A stretch of 64,000 bases of DNA from Tubiluchus corallicola (lineage: Eukaryota > Animalia > Priapulida): contig JAQGDQ010000180.1 in assembly GCA_030141605.1 (NCBI GenBank), forward strand, positions 248,001-312,000, in the 5' to 3' direction. Positions 13,823 to 26,228 of the stretch are shown here, piece by piece. Made by a program: the position numbers and the translations under genes. The notes under the pieces are model-generated. The model was not told where the DNA came from and did no database searches. It saw only the letters and a list, made by a program, of their open reading frames with translations. The number at the start of each line of letters is the position of its first letter. Positions within the stretch are counted from its first letter, which is position 1.

Positions 13823-14224
13823 TAAAGAAAATTACATTGCTAAATTTCTTCTCTCAAGAGTAGGGAGTTGAGTTTTAATCGAAGCATCATGTACTTCACA
13901 TGTTAGTAGAGAACTTAGTGTCATGATTTTAGTGAATGTGACCGAACTGTGCGTAATCAGTCTGTCCAGCTGTGACATGCCCAGGATCCTTAAAGGCCCT
14001 TCAACAAAGCCAGAGTCCAATTTCTGGAATTGGTAAGTAATGGTATTAATAACGTTTTCGACTGCCTTAAAGAAATTTAAAGAGAGAAAAATACAAAGTA
14101 GGTTGTTAAAAGACATTCTTTAAGGCAGTTGGAAATGTTACTAATACCATTATTTTCCAATTCCAGAAACTAGGCTCTAGCATCAGAAAGAAAAGTACTT
14201 TGACTATGCTGTTGTGAAATTTAG

Positions 14225-14689
14225 TTAAAGGACCAGAAAATGGCCAACCAAAGTAAGCCTCAGAAAATTCGCAATAAAAAATTATATCACCTAAGTATAA
14301 TCTTAAGTGAATAAAGTACTCACGCTTTCGCATTTACTCCAATTTTTGTAAAATATTTCAATCGCTGCAGTAAATGTTGGTGCAGACATGTGTCATTTAG
14401 TCCGCCAATTGAAAAGCCAGCATGTGACTGATTACGTGGCATGACATCACTCGAACACAGTTGCAGTGAGTTCTGAGCACGTGTACTATAAAGAATTGTG
14501 TTGTGGTTCTGTGACGCCATCTAATATGGCGCCGCCGTGACAGTCTCGCGGGAGTATTTGAAATGAAAACAAACAGGAAATTCTTTTAACGTGAGTATGA
14601 TAAACGCTTAAGATTGCCTCTAACTGTTATAATTCTTTAGCGAAAATTTTCTGAGACTTGCTTTAACTAGACCTTTTGCTGTCCTTTAA
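14225..14689. mobile_element. Kolobok-like MITE with TTAA flanks
   Basis: Left TTAA-AGGACCAGAAAA; right end reverse-complements to TTAA-AGGACAGCAAAA; matching sub-terminal tcagaaaatt motifs. Confidence 0.7.
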
Positions 14690-14770
14690 GCTAAATAGAT
14701 TTATGGTTTGAGAAAACTGGTAACTTTTGCCAAATGATGCCATGTGTAAGGTGCCATTTTTTATTTTCAG

Positions 14771-14951
14771 GGTTCATTGAAGTTCAGTAAACACGTGGTG
14801 CGATGCCTTCACAGTTGTGCACTTGTCGAAACGGATGATACAACTTCGCCTGCCGTGTTAAACGCCATCTGCAGGCTATTACATGAACTAATACTGTGTC
14901 ACCCGCTGACAGTTTGCACTGTAATTCCAAGCTATCAATTGAGCGTCAAAC
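14771..14951 (+). CDS. URB2: URB2 coding exon (start of Urb2/Npa2 C-terminal domain), followed by a U12 donor
   Basis: Acceptor ttattttcag; LILCHPLTVCTVIPSY resembles URB2 ILQCHPKVMLKAIPSF; ends at C|GTATCCTTT. Confidence 0.9.
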
Positions 14952-16047
14952 GTATCCTTTCCATATTCTGGTTATATTGATATATTTATAAGTGCCAAAA
15001 ATACATACAATACATACAAAAAACAAGACATAGATACAATTTCAATTTTGAAACATTGTGACACTGCAGACCACAAAACAGTTACTAATAAAACAAATAT
15101 TATTAAATCTTCCTGTTAGCTATTTTAATTATTTAAATGAAGAGTTTAATGATTAGTATTTAAAATAAATTGTCATTCATTAGGCCTCATTTTCAATGAT
15201 ATGATCATTACATAATATGTTGTTCATCATGTCTTAAAACACTTTTTCAACATAATCAAAAAATGCCTTAATTACTTCTAAATCACACTCTCTTTCATGA
15301 ATACGCTACTAGTGTTATCAAGGTTCCAAATGTGACCCTGTACATCATCTACCTTTTAATGTCTGCATGTATTTCTCAATTTGTCAATTTACACAGGCTC
15401 TTCAAAGCATTTGTTAAGAACTTGAATTTACAACTGTTCAGAAAACATGTCTAAACATTTTGACAGCAATCAGCTGTCATCATCAGTGATACACTATATA
15501 AACAACAACCAATTTACATTGGCAGAGCTTACAGTATAGAAAATTATGCACTAATTATGTATTTATAGAGAAGCCAAAATAATGAATAAACAGACCTGTA
15601 GAAAATGAATAGACACAGTAATAAATAGTTAAGTGTTTGATAATAAAGTTAATGGAATTGGACTGCTTTGTACATTAAAAGAAGGCTTATTAGTGTACAT
15701 AGATAAACTTTCTTTTACTAATAAGTCCCAGTTATTTGTAGCTCTTGTCACAATGCTGAAATTATGAAAATCAGCTTTATGGCCAGAGGCACAAATATCT
15801 TACTAATGCTGGACTGAGGAGAATTTTTTTAATTTTTTGCCAGTTCTAGATGAAATACCCAAATGTTCACAAATTCTTACTTTAAAGTGACTGAACGTTT
15901 TGCCATGGTAAGCAGCATTGCAGCAACTAATAAATCAAGCTTATTGGGCAATATTGATTTTTTTTCTTGGTGTTTCCTTTAATCATGTCTGCATGTTACT
16001 CCACCATCATGTGTTAAATTAATGCTGTTATCCTTAATGAGAGTTAG
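14952..16047 (+). other. URB2: U12-type (minor spliceosome) GT-AG intron of URB2
   Basis: 5' splice site GTATCCTTT; branch site TCCTTAAT at 16031-16038 about 10 nt before the AG; no polypyrimidine tract; splicing restores the frame (VK/QLLISIM). Confidence 0.9.
14990..15560 (-). mobile_element. Decayed LINE 3' remnant inside the U12 intron
   Basis: Reverse strand retains fragments HERVC and DEQHI of the C-terminal CCHC-type motif. Confidence 0.4.
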
Positions 16048-16150
16048 AATTGCTTATATCAATCATGTCTGCCGGGAAACAACTACCTGGACACCGCATG
16101 GATTCAAGCCACCTGGATGAACTCATTCTTTGTGCAAGTAACATGGACAG
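16048..16150 (+). CDS. URB2: URB2 coding exon (too short for the ORF track)
   Basis: Phase 1 to 2; encodes LLISIMSAGKQLPGHRMDSSHLDELILCASNMD(R); donor CAG|gtaatt. Confidence 0.88.
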
Positions 16151-16246
16151 GTAATTGGCATTTGTAATGGAGACTTGCATTATATGACCTGGATCTTAAA
16201 CTGTCCTTAGAATAGAAATTTATTTTTTACTTGGGTATGTGAAAAC

Positions 16247-16980
16247 CAGTGGTGGCTCGTGTATAGGTACTGTCGAACTGCAGCACCCCCTGTTTTCACT
16301 CAAGATTATCGATAATATTCAATATAATAAGTGTTTTTTCTTTAGCTCTTTCTTTATACTTGTACAGTCCAGAGCAAGCCGTGGTTACTCGTGTATAGGT
16401 ACTGTGGTTCTGCAGCACCCCCTATTTTCACTCATTATTATCGATAATATTCAATATAGTAAGTCTTTTTTCTTTAGTTCTTTTTTATGCTTGTGCTGAT
16501 CCAGAGCACGTGAGGATTGTGCTGTTTGCTTCACAGCCCCGCACAGTGCACTCACAGCTCAAGCAACATGGTGCACATGCGGCAATGTCTGAGATAACAC
16601 ACTGTACGCTAGCATCTCCTGCTACTGTCTCTATCACAGTAGCAATTGCCACATGCTTAGCGTGTACAGTCATATTCTTGGATGTGATAAAATGTAAACT
16701 TAGCGTGTGTGCTTAAAACATATTTTATTTAATAATGGATGCCCTGCATCCCCAAGAAATAAGTGCAGTGACTGTAAGTGAACTACAACAGCTTAATTTT
16801 TCACAGTTGTCTCTCCATGAGAAAGTTGCAGTTATGAACAGAGGCAGTGCAACACCTGATCTTCAAATATAACTACAACATTAAAATTACATGTTTGTTA
16901 CGTTTTACACAGTATTAAAACAATGGCTAAAATTTTTCCCCAGCAGCACCCCCGGTAATTTTAGCTATGAGCCGCCACTG
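16247..16980 (+). mobile_element. hAT internal-deletion derivative (family A) with both TIRs
   Basis: TIR cagtggtggctc...gagccgccactg; 8-bp TSD gtgaaaac/gttaaaac; internal 45-aa transposase-like N-terminus at 16735-16872. Confidence 0.85.
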
Positions 16981-17267
16981 GTTAAAACATAACGTTATTT
17001 CACTTACCGACCAAGTGTGGTTAGCAATTACTAAAAATAAAAATACGATTGTAGACGAAAAACAAGAAATTAAGAAAAGCATTATAAAATAAACTCAACA
17101 CATTGCAATACATCCACAGTAAAATTATCATATTAATTATTAAAAAACAAGAAATACTATCACCAAAAATGAGAATTTATGAAAAGTATTGTAAACTAAA
17201 TAAAACAAAAAAATAATACATCCACTCTGAAATTAAACATGTTAAATTTTAAAAATAAGAAATGCTA

Positions 17268-17763
17268 TTACAGTCATACCTCCGTTTTCGAACGTCTCCG
17301 TATTCGTACAAATCAGTTTTCGACCAGAAAATTCGAGCTGAAATTGTCTCCGCTCTCGACCAACCCCTGAACACATGATGAACGCATGCGCGGCGAGCCG
17401 AGTAGAGCCGAGCGTAACCGACTGCGCCCGAGAGTAATCACATATGTTTCTGTTCTTGCTTACATATACCATCACACTGCTACCAACACGTAAGATTTTT
17501 TCATGCAGGAATAATTATGTTTTTCTTTTTAAGTAATTCTATTATGTTTTTCTTATCAGTTATATCATATCTACTGTTTAGATAAACATTTTTCCATTAT
17601 TATATTTCATTTTAGTAATACTTTACAGTTCATTTGGTGCTTGAGAACGGATTATTTGATTTACATTATTTCTTATGGGAGTAAATGATTTGGTTCTCAA
17701 CCAAATCAGTTTTCAAACACATTTTAGGAACGAATTATGGTCAAAAACAGAAGTATGACTGTA
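17268..17763. mobile_element. Pogo/Tigger-like MITE
   Basis: TA-CAGTCATACCTCCGTTTT ... AAAACAGAAGTATGACTG-TA inverted termini with TA TSD. Confidence 0.85.
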
Positions 17764-18871
17764 TTAAAAGTTAAAAATTATAGAACACACACAACATACT
17801 ACAATACATCCATAGTAAAATTATGTACAGTAATAAAATTTAAATACACGATAAGGCTAAAATCGTGCACAGCTACAAATTTTATAGTTTTAAGTGTTGA
17901 AATATAAATCACAGTATGAATGATACATTAAAATTTAGCAGTACATTTGTAATAAGATGTTATATATTAGTTTAAAATGCAGTACTCATACGTGCATATA
18001 TTCTAAACACAATAAGACACAAATGTACAATAAGTATAAGCTGGTTGTTAAAATAAATTAAGGCAAAACTTTGTTCTGGTTGTAAAACAATGAAATGCTG
18101 TTTCTTATAAGTTTTAAGTTTAATTATTTTTTGTATTTATATACTATAGCGAGAAAAATAGGTAAAGTTTAAAGTGTTTTAGTACTGAGACTTGAACCTG
18201 GATCCTTTCTTTGCTTACAGTGTAGGAACAGAGCTTTATTATGTATTAGGAGGAAGCTATAGAAGTTTGTACCTATAAAACTGGATTGTTAACTTTGTTA
18301 TATATTTTGGTGTGCTGAATGTATATGTGAAGTTGGGTTTATGACATACATCAGTGTTTGGTGTTGTTTTTTGTTTTGTAATGCGCTACGTACCGTCTTG
18401 TACCGATATTTGTTTTGTCTGGTACTTTGTAATTAATGACCGTATAATTTCGTTAATGTACTTATACCCATTAAATTATAAATTATACGACAGATTATTA
18501 TAAGTAGGCCATGTCAGTTTTTTGGCAGCTTCCAAGGCATGACGAAACCATCTTTATGCATTTATTTTCCTCATCTGAAGTTCATTTATACACCCCTCTA
18601 TAGACAACTGAGACAAAGTTTTGCAAAGTAATGTCTTTTATGGGGATAGAGATAACAGCATTTAAATACTCGTATTACCGAAAAGACAAGAAATGTAGGT
18701 TTCCGAAATAACTAGTCTATACAGTAGACATGTTACTACCTTCACGTTTGAATAAAGTTGAATTGATTTTTTTATTTGCCTCATACATAAATAAATATAC
18801 AGCAAAGTGTTATTGTCAAAGTAGTAGTTATTGTTAAAGACGGGGTGGAGAAAGACCCTACGCCATTAAAT

Positions 18872-18990
18872 GCTGTGTGATACACTGTACTGCACAGACT
18901 GTGTGATACACTGTACTACACAGACTGCTTGATACACTGTACTACACACACTGTGTGATACACTGTACTACACAGACTGTGGTACACTAT
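18872..18990. repeat. About 26-bp minisatellite, about 4 copies
   Basis: ctgtgtgatacactgtactacacaga repeated. Confidence 0.85.
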
Positions 18991-19663
18991 ACTAATATAC
19001 ATCGCAATAAAATTACCACTATCTGATATGAAAGTAGAAATATATGGTTTTTAATATAAATTTTAATAACTTCTAATATAGTTTTCTTGAGTGTAGTGTA
19101 ATGAGGTACGAAGATTGGATGCAAGATCGGATGCATTAGGTCCCACTATTCTTGGCTCCTTGACCAAGCTGTGTGCGGCCCGCAGGAATTTCGGGAAAGT
19201 TTAATGTGGCCCATCTAGCCATATAAATGGCACACCCCTGCCCTACGGTTACCGAGCATCCGCCCCTCACTCATAATATTATGTGATAAAAGTGTAAGTT
19301 AGCAGCATTAGTACTTAAGTAGCTTATATTCTTAATTAGAATTATAATTTGTCAGCATAATATATGTATATGTATATATATAACAACGTACAATACAACA
19401 ACAATATAAATATAATACAACAATATAAACATAAAATAACAAAACAACAATAGAACACATTAAGTGATGTCAATGGAGCAAAAACAATAAAGACAAAAAG
19501 TACTTTAAATTGCAATAACAATATCTATATAGACAGTCAAAAACACATATAAAAATCAGCAAAATAATTATATAAGGAGAAGTTACATCAATCAGCATTC
19601 ATAACTGTAACCAATATATATATATATATATATATCACATATCCAATCACATATCTGTATGAA

Positions 19664-19746
<83 letters not shown>
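19664..19746. repeat. (CA)n microsatellite
   Basis: Seen directly. Confidence 0.95.
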
Positions 19747-19748
<2 letters not shown>

Positions 19749-20206
19749 ACATAGACATATATACACGTACACGTACATATAAATCATAATCAACTCATAT
19801 ATACACACATACATTCATTATACATGCTCACCTGAAACGCTCTAAGTACTTTTACAACCTTAAATCAGATTTACCCATTTCATCCCAGATACTCATTGCG
19901 CCCCACATTATCCTACAATAAATCAGCGGTGAGCGTTGTTATATTAAGACTCTCGCTGCATAGATTTTTTTGACTTGGGAATAGAAATGGATTAGCAGTT
20001 TAAATCACTTCTGTCACTTTACAAACAGTAAGTTGTGTTTCCTTCAGTAGGATTACATAATCGTTACCAAAAATAATGCTTTTACATGTACCAACGACAT
20101 TTTTACAAAAAGAAAATATAATCTTCTTTATCTTGTTTGTCATTCGCTATTTGCAAGTCAGAAAGAGAGTGAAAATGTGACGATGATGACTTGCTTGAAT
20201 TATTTG

Positions 20207-20925
20207 CAGTGGTTCCTAACCTTTTACTAGCAAAGTACACTTTCAAAATTCAGCAATCTGCTGAGTACCTCTTAACACTTTTTAGAAATAAGAGTTTCAA
20301 GAAACGTTTTTTACCACTTTTGTGCAGTTTTGTTAAGCTTTTGTTAAGTTTGAAAAAAAGATGTTACGTTTAATTTACACGTGTATTTATTTGTAGTAGT
20401 CTCTCTTTATACTCCTTCTTAAAATCCCTTGTTTTCTATTTATGCATTTCCAAATTCAAGAACAAAATGCGAGAAAAAAGACGATTGGACGTCAAATCAG
20501 AAGACGAACTTTCACTGAGTCGAACTATGAAGTAGCCTCAATGGCCGCCTCGCTGATGCGGGCTTTTCCGAAAACCGCCAACCTCGTCTGCTTCCATCTG
20601 CCAACACGTTTTTGCAGTGCCATACTTCTGTTCTACATCATAAATTAACCCAGTTATAACGACAGGCCGTGCACAGTGAATTACCGGAAAAAGCTTTGTG
20701 TTGCAAAAGTAATGGCTTTTAAAATACAAACAATCATGATTACGGATTAAAATCTTGTAGCACACTCCTCACACCACGAGGTCGTTACTCCCGTAAATTT
20801 CGTGTAGTACGCTGTACGGCAAACAAGAACATTCTGATGTGCTACACGACACAACTTTTGCGCACCCCTGGCTTAGCTGTTTCGTACCCCAAAGAGGTAC
20901 TCAAACATTAGGTTAGGAACCGCTG
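20207..20925 (+). mobile_element. hAT-Charlie-like MITE (family G)
   Basis: TIR CAGTGGTTCCTAACC...GGTTAGGAACCGCTG; homologous to 62009-62715. Confidence 0.8.
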
Positions 20926-21802
20926 TATTACAGGTAATAATTTTACGTAATGCTGGAACTTCTTGCTCTGGTTTAATTTGATAATCAGCAGTTGTGTCTA
21001 TTGCATTAGTTAGCAGAAGATCATCTCACAATTATATGGCTTTAAAAATAGCTACCAAACAATATAAGATATTTTTACTTAGTAAATATTCAATGGTGTA
21101 GAAAATCAGAGTTTTTTTTCTCTTTTTTGTGCACGTGTGTCTTTTTGCACTAATGTTTTTCTTTTACTAATAGGTATCTTTACGACTTTTGTTACTTTAT
21201 TAATAAAAGGTATAAATTAATTAAAATGAAATTATTCATTCATCGCAGCAGAATTGAGCTTATATATGTATCTGTTTCCATTTGGAAAATGCTCTTAGCT
21301 TATAACCAGCAAATATCAGTGATACAAAAAATTTTGAATGTATTATTGTAACATTAATTTTGCGAATGAATCACTAATATTTTTATAATTTGCCCCCCCC
21401 CCCCTCCCTCACCATAGCCCATCTTTAAAGATTATGATGGCTACATTACAACCATCAATTATATTTAAATGTTCTATACAACGATAGTTATTACTACAAG
21501 TATAATGTATAATTTAATCTCTTCATCCTTATTTACATTAAGTTATTTACAGAAGCATGCATAACTATAATCATTTTTTCATTTAAGTAAGGTGAGTGTG
21601 TTAATAACCGTAGCGCCGTACAGTCACTTCGCACCACTCATTTTATTTAAAGTTTATTAATGTGTATGATATTGTATTTTGATGTGTGAAAAGAAATTCA
21701 TAGTTCATAGTTCAAATTCCCTTTTTGTGTCTGCGAATATAAAGCACTGGAAACCGGCGAATGAAGTGAATTTGTGTTTACAGTTACATTTTCATGTTTT
21801 AG

Positions 21803-21914
21803 GTTACTGAATGCTATTACGTTACACAGAACCGAGTTTTCAAACGCCGTGCCGTATTTGATTGCTGACTACATTAACGAATTGCAAAAGTTAACTTTAT
21901 ACCCCCAAATTAAG
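21803..21914 (+). CDS. URB2: URB2 penultimate coding exon
   Basis: catgttttag / AAG|gtgagt; LLNAITLHRTEFSNAVPYLIADYINELQKLTLYPQIK resembles URB2 QYVLEVQKVTLYPAVK. Confidence 0.92.
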
Positions 21915-22564
21915 GTGAGTGCAGCAGAAAAGTTTGCTTTACCGGATTGATTATATTTCACCATTATCTAATTGAGTTATACAATGTTTAATAAGGCCTT
22001 TTGACTGCGTTTTTATGAAATACGTGACCGTATTAAGGAAATTAATTTCAACGTAGTTTAGGTGCGATTACTGTTTGTTCATTTTCTTACAAGTTAGACT
22101 GCGAAATTTACGATAGCAGGTTTATAAATGAAGCTTTTATAATGGTGGTGAAATTCGCAGTTGACCATAGAATTTTTGTTCGCTTGAAGATATACGTGGA
22201 AAAAATGATACTGCAATTATGCTTTGGTTTAGTAAAGATGGGGGAGTTGGAGAATTACTTTTTCCTGTTTGGTCAAGGTATGTGCAATTGCTCAGAGTTC
22301 AGCAGTGCATGATTTTTTCTGTAAATGGTTGGGTGCCTGTTAGGAAAACTAGTTGTGGGTGATTGCATCTGTCTTACTTATTACTCAAGATCTCATAAAG
22401 AAATGTGCAGCTTAATTGTAATGCAGGAGAATGACTATTGGATTCTTGTGAATTAACTAGCTTACTTTTTATAAATAATTAATCCTTTGTGGAAATTATG
22501 TAGATGAGGTACAGCAAGTCCTCGCTTAACGACTCCCCGTTTAGCGACGTTCCGTTTTAGCATT

Positions 22565-24130
22565 TAAGATAAGATAAGATAAGATAAGATAATATTTATT
22601 TTCATCGGTATGATATAAAACAGTACATATTTGTAAAACATAAGCTTAAAGCTCGTAAACCGATATCAAACATAATGTATATGAGCGATAACATGGTAAT
22701 AATATGTACTTCTTAAAATCTTTTGGATGCCACCTACATGAAGACAGTAAAAATTTGAGACAGTAAAAATTTAGGCAGTGACATTTTCTAAAATTTACAC
22801 AAAAAGCTATGGTCAATAAAAATTTTTCCTGCCAACACATTCAGCATTTAATTAAGACTTAATAAAATTGGGAAGTTCGCTGAATTTACAAATGGCACAT
22901 TTACATGATACACCAGTCCATGAGTTAATTAGACGTTTAAATTCCCCAAGATTTTCGGCCATTCGGAGACAGTTTGGTAATTCATTCCACAATGTGGCTC
23001 CATAATAGGAGAAACTTTTCTTGCCATATGTAACACCATCATATGTAGGGTGTTCTGCAGTGTTCATTTTTCTGAGGAAGTAGCGGTTTTGCTTTCGTTC
23101 CTCTATCAGTCCATAGAGATAGGACGGGCAGTTTTTGGACAAAATCTTGAATACTTCGATATCAATGAGACGTTGTCTCTGAAATTGAAGAGACACAAAA
23201 TTGTCTTTAAACAATAGATTTTCGTAGGTACTTTCGAAATCATTATAAACTAGACGGAGCGCTCTGAAATTCAAACACTCTAACTTCTGGCTATTTGATG
23301 TACTACAGAAATGCCAGATTACGGGGCAGAAATTAAAATTCGACTTGACAAACGAAAGGTAGATGAGTTTTCGACATTTTACCGACAGGTTTCGTCCAAT
23401 ACGGCGTAGAACATTAATCTGTTTAGCTGCTTTTTTGCACAGGGCTGAAATGTGCGAATCAAAGTTCAGGCGATAGTCTATATTTACACCAAGAAGTTTC
23501 ACCTCATCCGTACATTCAATATCCGCTCCTTTGATGTTGAAAGTAGGTTTCAGGTCGTGTGTAATTTTGCCCACAGCAATCCCCTGAAACTTCCCCGGAT
23601 TTGCTTCCATCTGGTTGGAAGCAAACCAGTCGACCAGTGCGTTTCTTTCAACTTCTAAGGTTTGTTTCATATCATTAAATGATTTACTGGAGTAGGAAAC
23701 AGTATTATCATCAGCATAGTTGTACAAGGTGGATTTACTGACAAAATGGATGATATCATTAATAAAACAATTAAAAAGTACAGGTCCAGTTAAGGATCCA
23801 TGAGGAACGCCTTTATCCATAGGAAGGGGTGAGCTCTGGACGTTCCCGATCTGAAGAAGTTGTTTTCTGTCAGTAAGGTAGCTTTTGATCAAATTTACAG
23901 CATTTTCTGATAAATTATAGCACCTTAACTTTTCCAACAATAAATTGTGTGGAAGGCTGTCAAACGCCTTTGAAAGATCCATCAGGATGGCACCAACATA
24001 GTTACCGGCCTCCAGTCCCTTCCTCCACTCTTCGGTTAACCCTAACAGTGCCGACTGGCAGCTGTATCCACTACGGTAGGCTGACAAGAGTGGGTGAAAG
24101 TGTCATCAAGCGTGGGTGAAAATGTCATTT
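22565..24130 (-). mobile_element. 5'-truncated CR1/L2-group non-LTR retrotransposon
   Basis: Carries the RT ORF, a 3' UTR, AATAAA and an (ATCTT)n tail at 22565-22600. Confidence 0.93.
22852..24087 (-). pseudogene. Reverse transcriptase domain and C-terminus of LINE ORF2 (open for 411 aa, no endonuclease)
   Basis: Motifs DLSKAFD, GVPHGS..GP.LF, YADD, KLLGV and C-terminal W.G..C.C..C. Confidence 0.92.
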
Positions 24131-24924
24131 CGTAGTAAATGATACACCGCTCTGCTATGATAAAATTTCCAAGGTCACCTCATGCAGTGCTTGGCTTTGA
24201 CTCTACTGTGTTTATTGTTTAATGGCTGCCTAGGCTTAAACCTTAATGAAAGAGAAACCACTTCCTAGGTACGTATTGGTAAAAAAGATAGTTGGTTTCA
24301 AGCACGCAGAAAGAAATTAATTAGCGGAAACCATAAAGAAACTCATAAAACTTTTAATTTATATGATTTAAGCAGTATTGATTTTTTGTCTCTGGAACGT
24401 ATCTCAATTCTTTTAAATTACTTTCTATGGAAGTTTTGGTTTCGTTTAACGACGTTTCACTTAACGCCGAGTTTTGCGGCAACGCGTTAGCATCATTAAG
24501 CGAGGATTTGTTGTACATGATTCTGAGACTGTCCTTGCACATCTTTGGTTCTTAATTTTTTTTTACTCACCAAGATCAGGGTAATAATGAGGTAGAATTA
24601 CAAATTATAATGCATCTACACTACAGCTAATTCTGTTGTTATTATTAATTTGTAGCGGGCAAGCTGTCAGCTGTAATTGACATGCTGAACACTAATATTT
24701 TATAGCCATCTTCGTACTTATTCATAATATTGCCGCATTACTGAACACTTTGCCCAATATATCAACGTAGTTATATTAGATCACCACATATTAGGCAGGA
24801 TTTGAGCCTGTTTTGTTTTATTTTTATTTGCCGTGCTTTTTTATTGTTTTGTTTGTGCTGTTTTCATAAACAGTGAATCATGAACTATGAAAGGAAAAGT
24901 AATGTTTTGATGTCAGTATTGCAA

Positions 24925-25240
24925 AACACGCACACACACGTGCACACACACAAACACCCTCACACATGCATGCACACCCTAACGCACACACATGCACATA
25001 CGTACGCACACACACATGCACACAAACACCCTCACACGTGCATGCACACCCTAACCCCCCACACACACACATGCACACATGCACGCACGCATGCGCATGC
25101 ACACACACACCCTCACACATGCATGCACACCCTAACACACACACATGCACACAAACACCCTCACACATGCATGCACACCCTAACACACACATCCACACAT
25201 GCACGCACACGCACACACACACCCTCACACATGCATGCAT

Positions 25241-25290
<50 letters not shown>

Positions 25291-25410
25291 ATTGATTTAA
25301 ACTTGAAGATATTTTTTGCTTTGCTCTTGCGTTTACAGCAGGAATCACAAGCGGAAGGCGTTAGCATATCTTCGCACTGCACTTTTACAATAAATATGAA
25401 TTGTTCTGTT
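24925..25410 (+). mobile_element. Interspersed repeat with a complex (CA)-rich microsatellite arm
   Basis: Non-repetitive part 25288-25410 plus adjacent CA array matches 56620-56890 in reverse complement. Confidence 0.7.
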
Positions 25411-25478
25411 ATCAAAATAATGAACGTAATAAAATTAATAAGTCGGACGTCTCTACTCTCTACTCCCTAGTAAGCATA

Positions 25479-25861
25479 ATAAGCCTTTTCACAGTTCCAG
25501 TGATTGATGATGATCGTGAAAAGGTGAAAGGTTAAGTGTACCAGACAACGCATTTGTGACCAGTTGACAACGCCTCACAGCCCATGCTATTGCAATAGCA
25601 ACAGTTTTAACAGCTAGCTAGAAGCTTACCTAGTTTGATTCCAAGAAGATCCTTCTAGTAAATCACTCTGTGAATAGACTAATGCATAATTAAGCAAAGT
25701 CCGTGTAAAACAACCGAAGTTACTGTACTGATGTGGGAGGCGGCTTTGCTTTATCCACATGTCACGTGACAGTTGTAGTTAAGAGGCGTTGCTGTGGTAC
25801 ACTTAACTTTTGACCTGGAGCAACTGCGTGTGTGCAGAGCGAAACTGTGAAAAGGCTTATT
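25479..25861. mobile_element. MITE family C, complete
   Basis: 19-bp TIR aataagccttttcacagtt / aactgtgaaaaggcttatt. Confidence 0.85.
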
Positions 25862-25964
25862 GTTATAATAATAATAATACACTATTTCACTGTTATATGT
25901 AAGGCCTAAGTTTTACTTTGTTCTTCTCGTTTTACTTTGCGCAAAAAGATTAATAATTTTCGAT

Positions 25965-26228
25965 CGACACTGTGTGAGCGACAGTGCTTTCTCTACCTAG
26001 CGTGCAGCTTCTTATCTCAGACATGTGCGCATGGCCGCATGCACTTTGGAACTGTGAAACGTACACTTCCGTCACGTGCTCTGGTTTCCTACAAACAGTT
26101 ACAAGCACGTACAAATATAAAGAAACAATTAAAGAATAAAAACTCATTACATTCAATATTAGCGATAATGTCAAGTGAAAATAGGGGGCACTGCAGTTCC
26201 ACAGTTCCCATACATGAGCCGCCACTTG
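25965..26228 (-). mobile_element. hAT-like MITE family A, partial
   Basis: Ends atgagccgccact; reverse-complement homology to 8551 and 16247. Confidence 0.75.

Larger units (their letters stand above)
22509..24515 (+). mobile_element. Pogo-like MITE (family E) split by a LINE insertion
   Basis: Left end tacagcaagtcctcgcttaac; right end ttaagcgaggatttgttgta. Confidence 0.8.

Noticed and set aside
14777-14980. Terminal exon ending RILSIFWLY*
   Set aside because: The tail is read-through into the U12 intron; downstream exons complete the URB2 domain.
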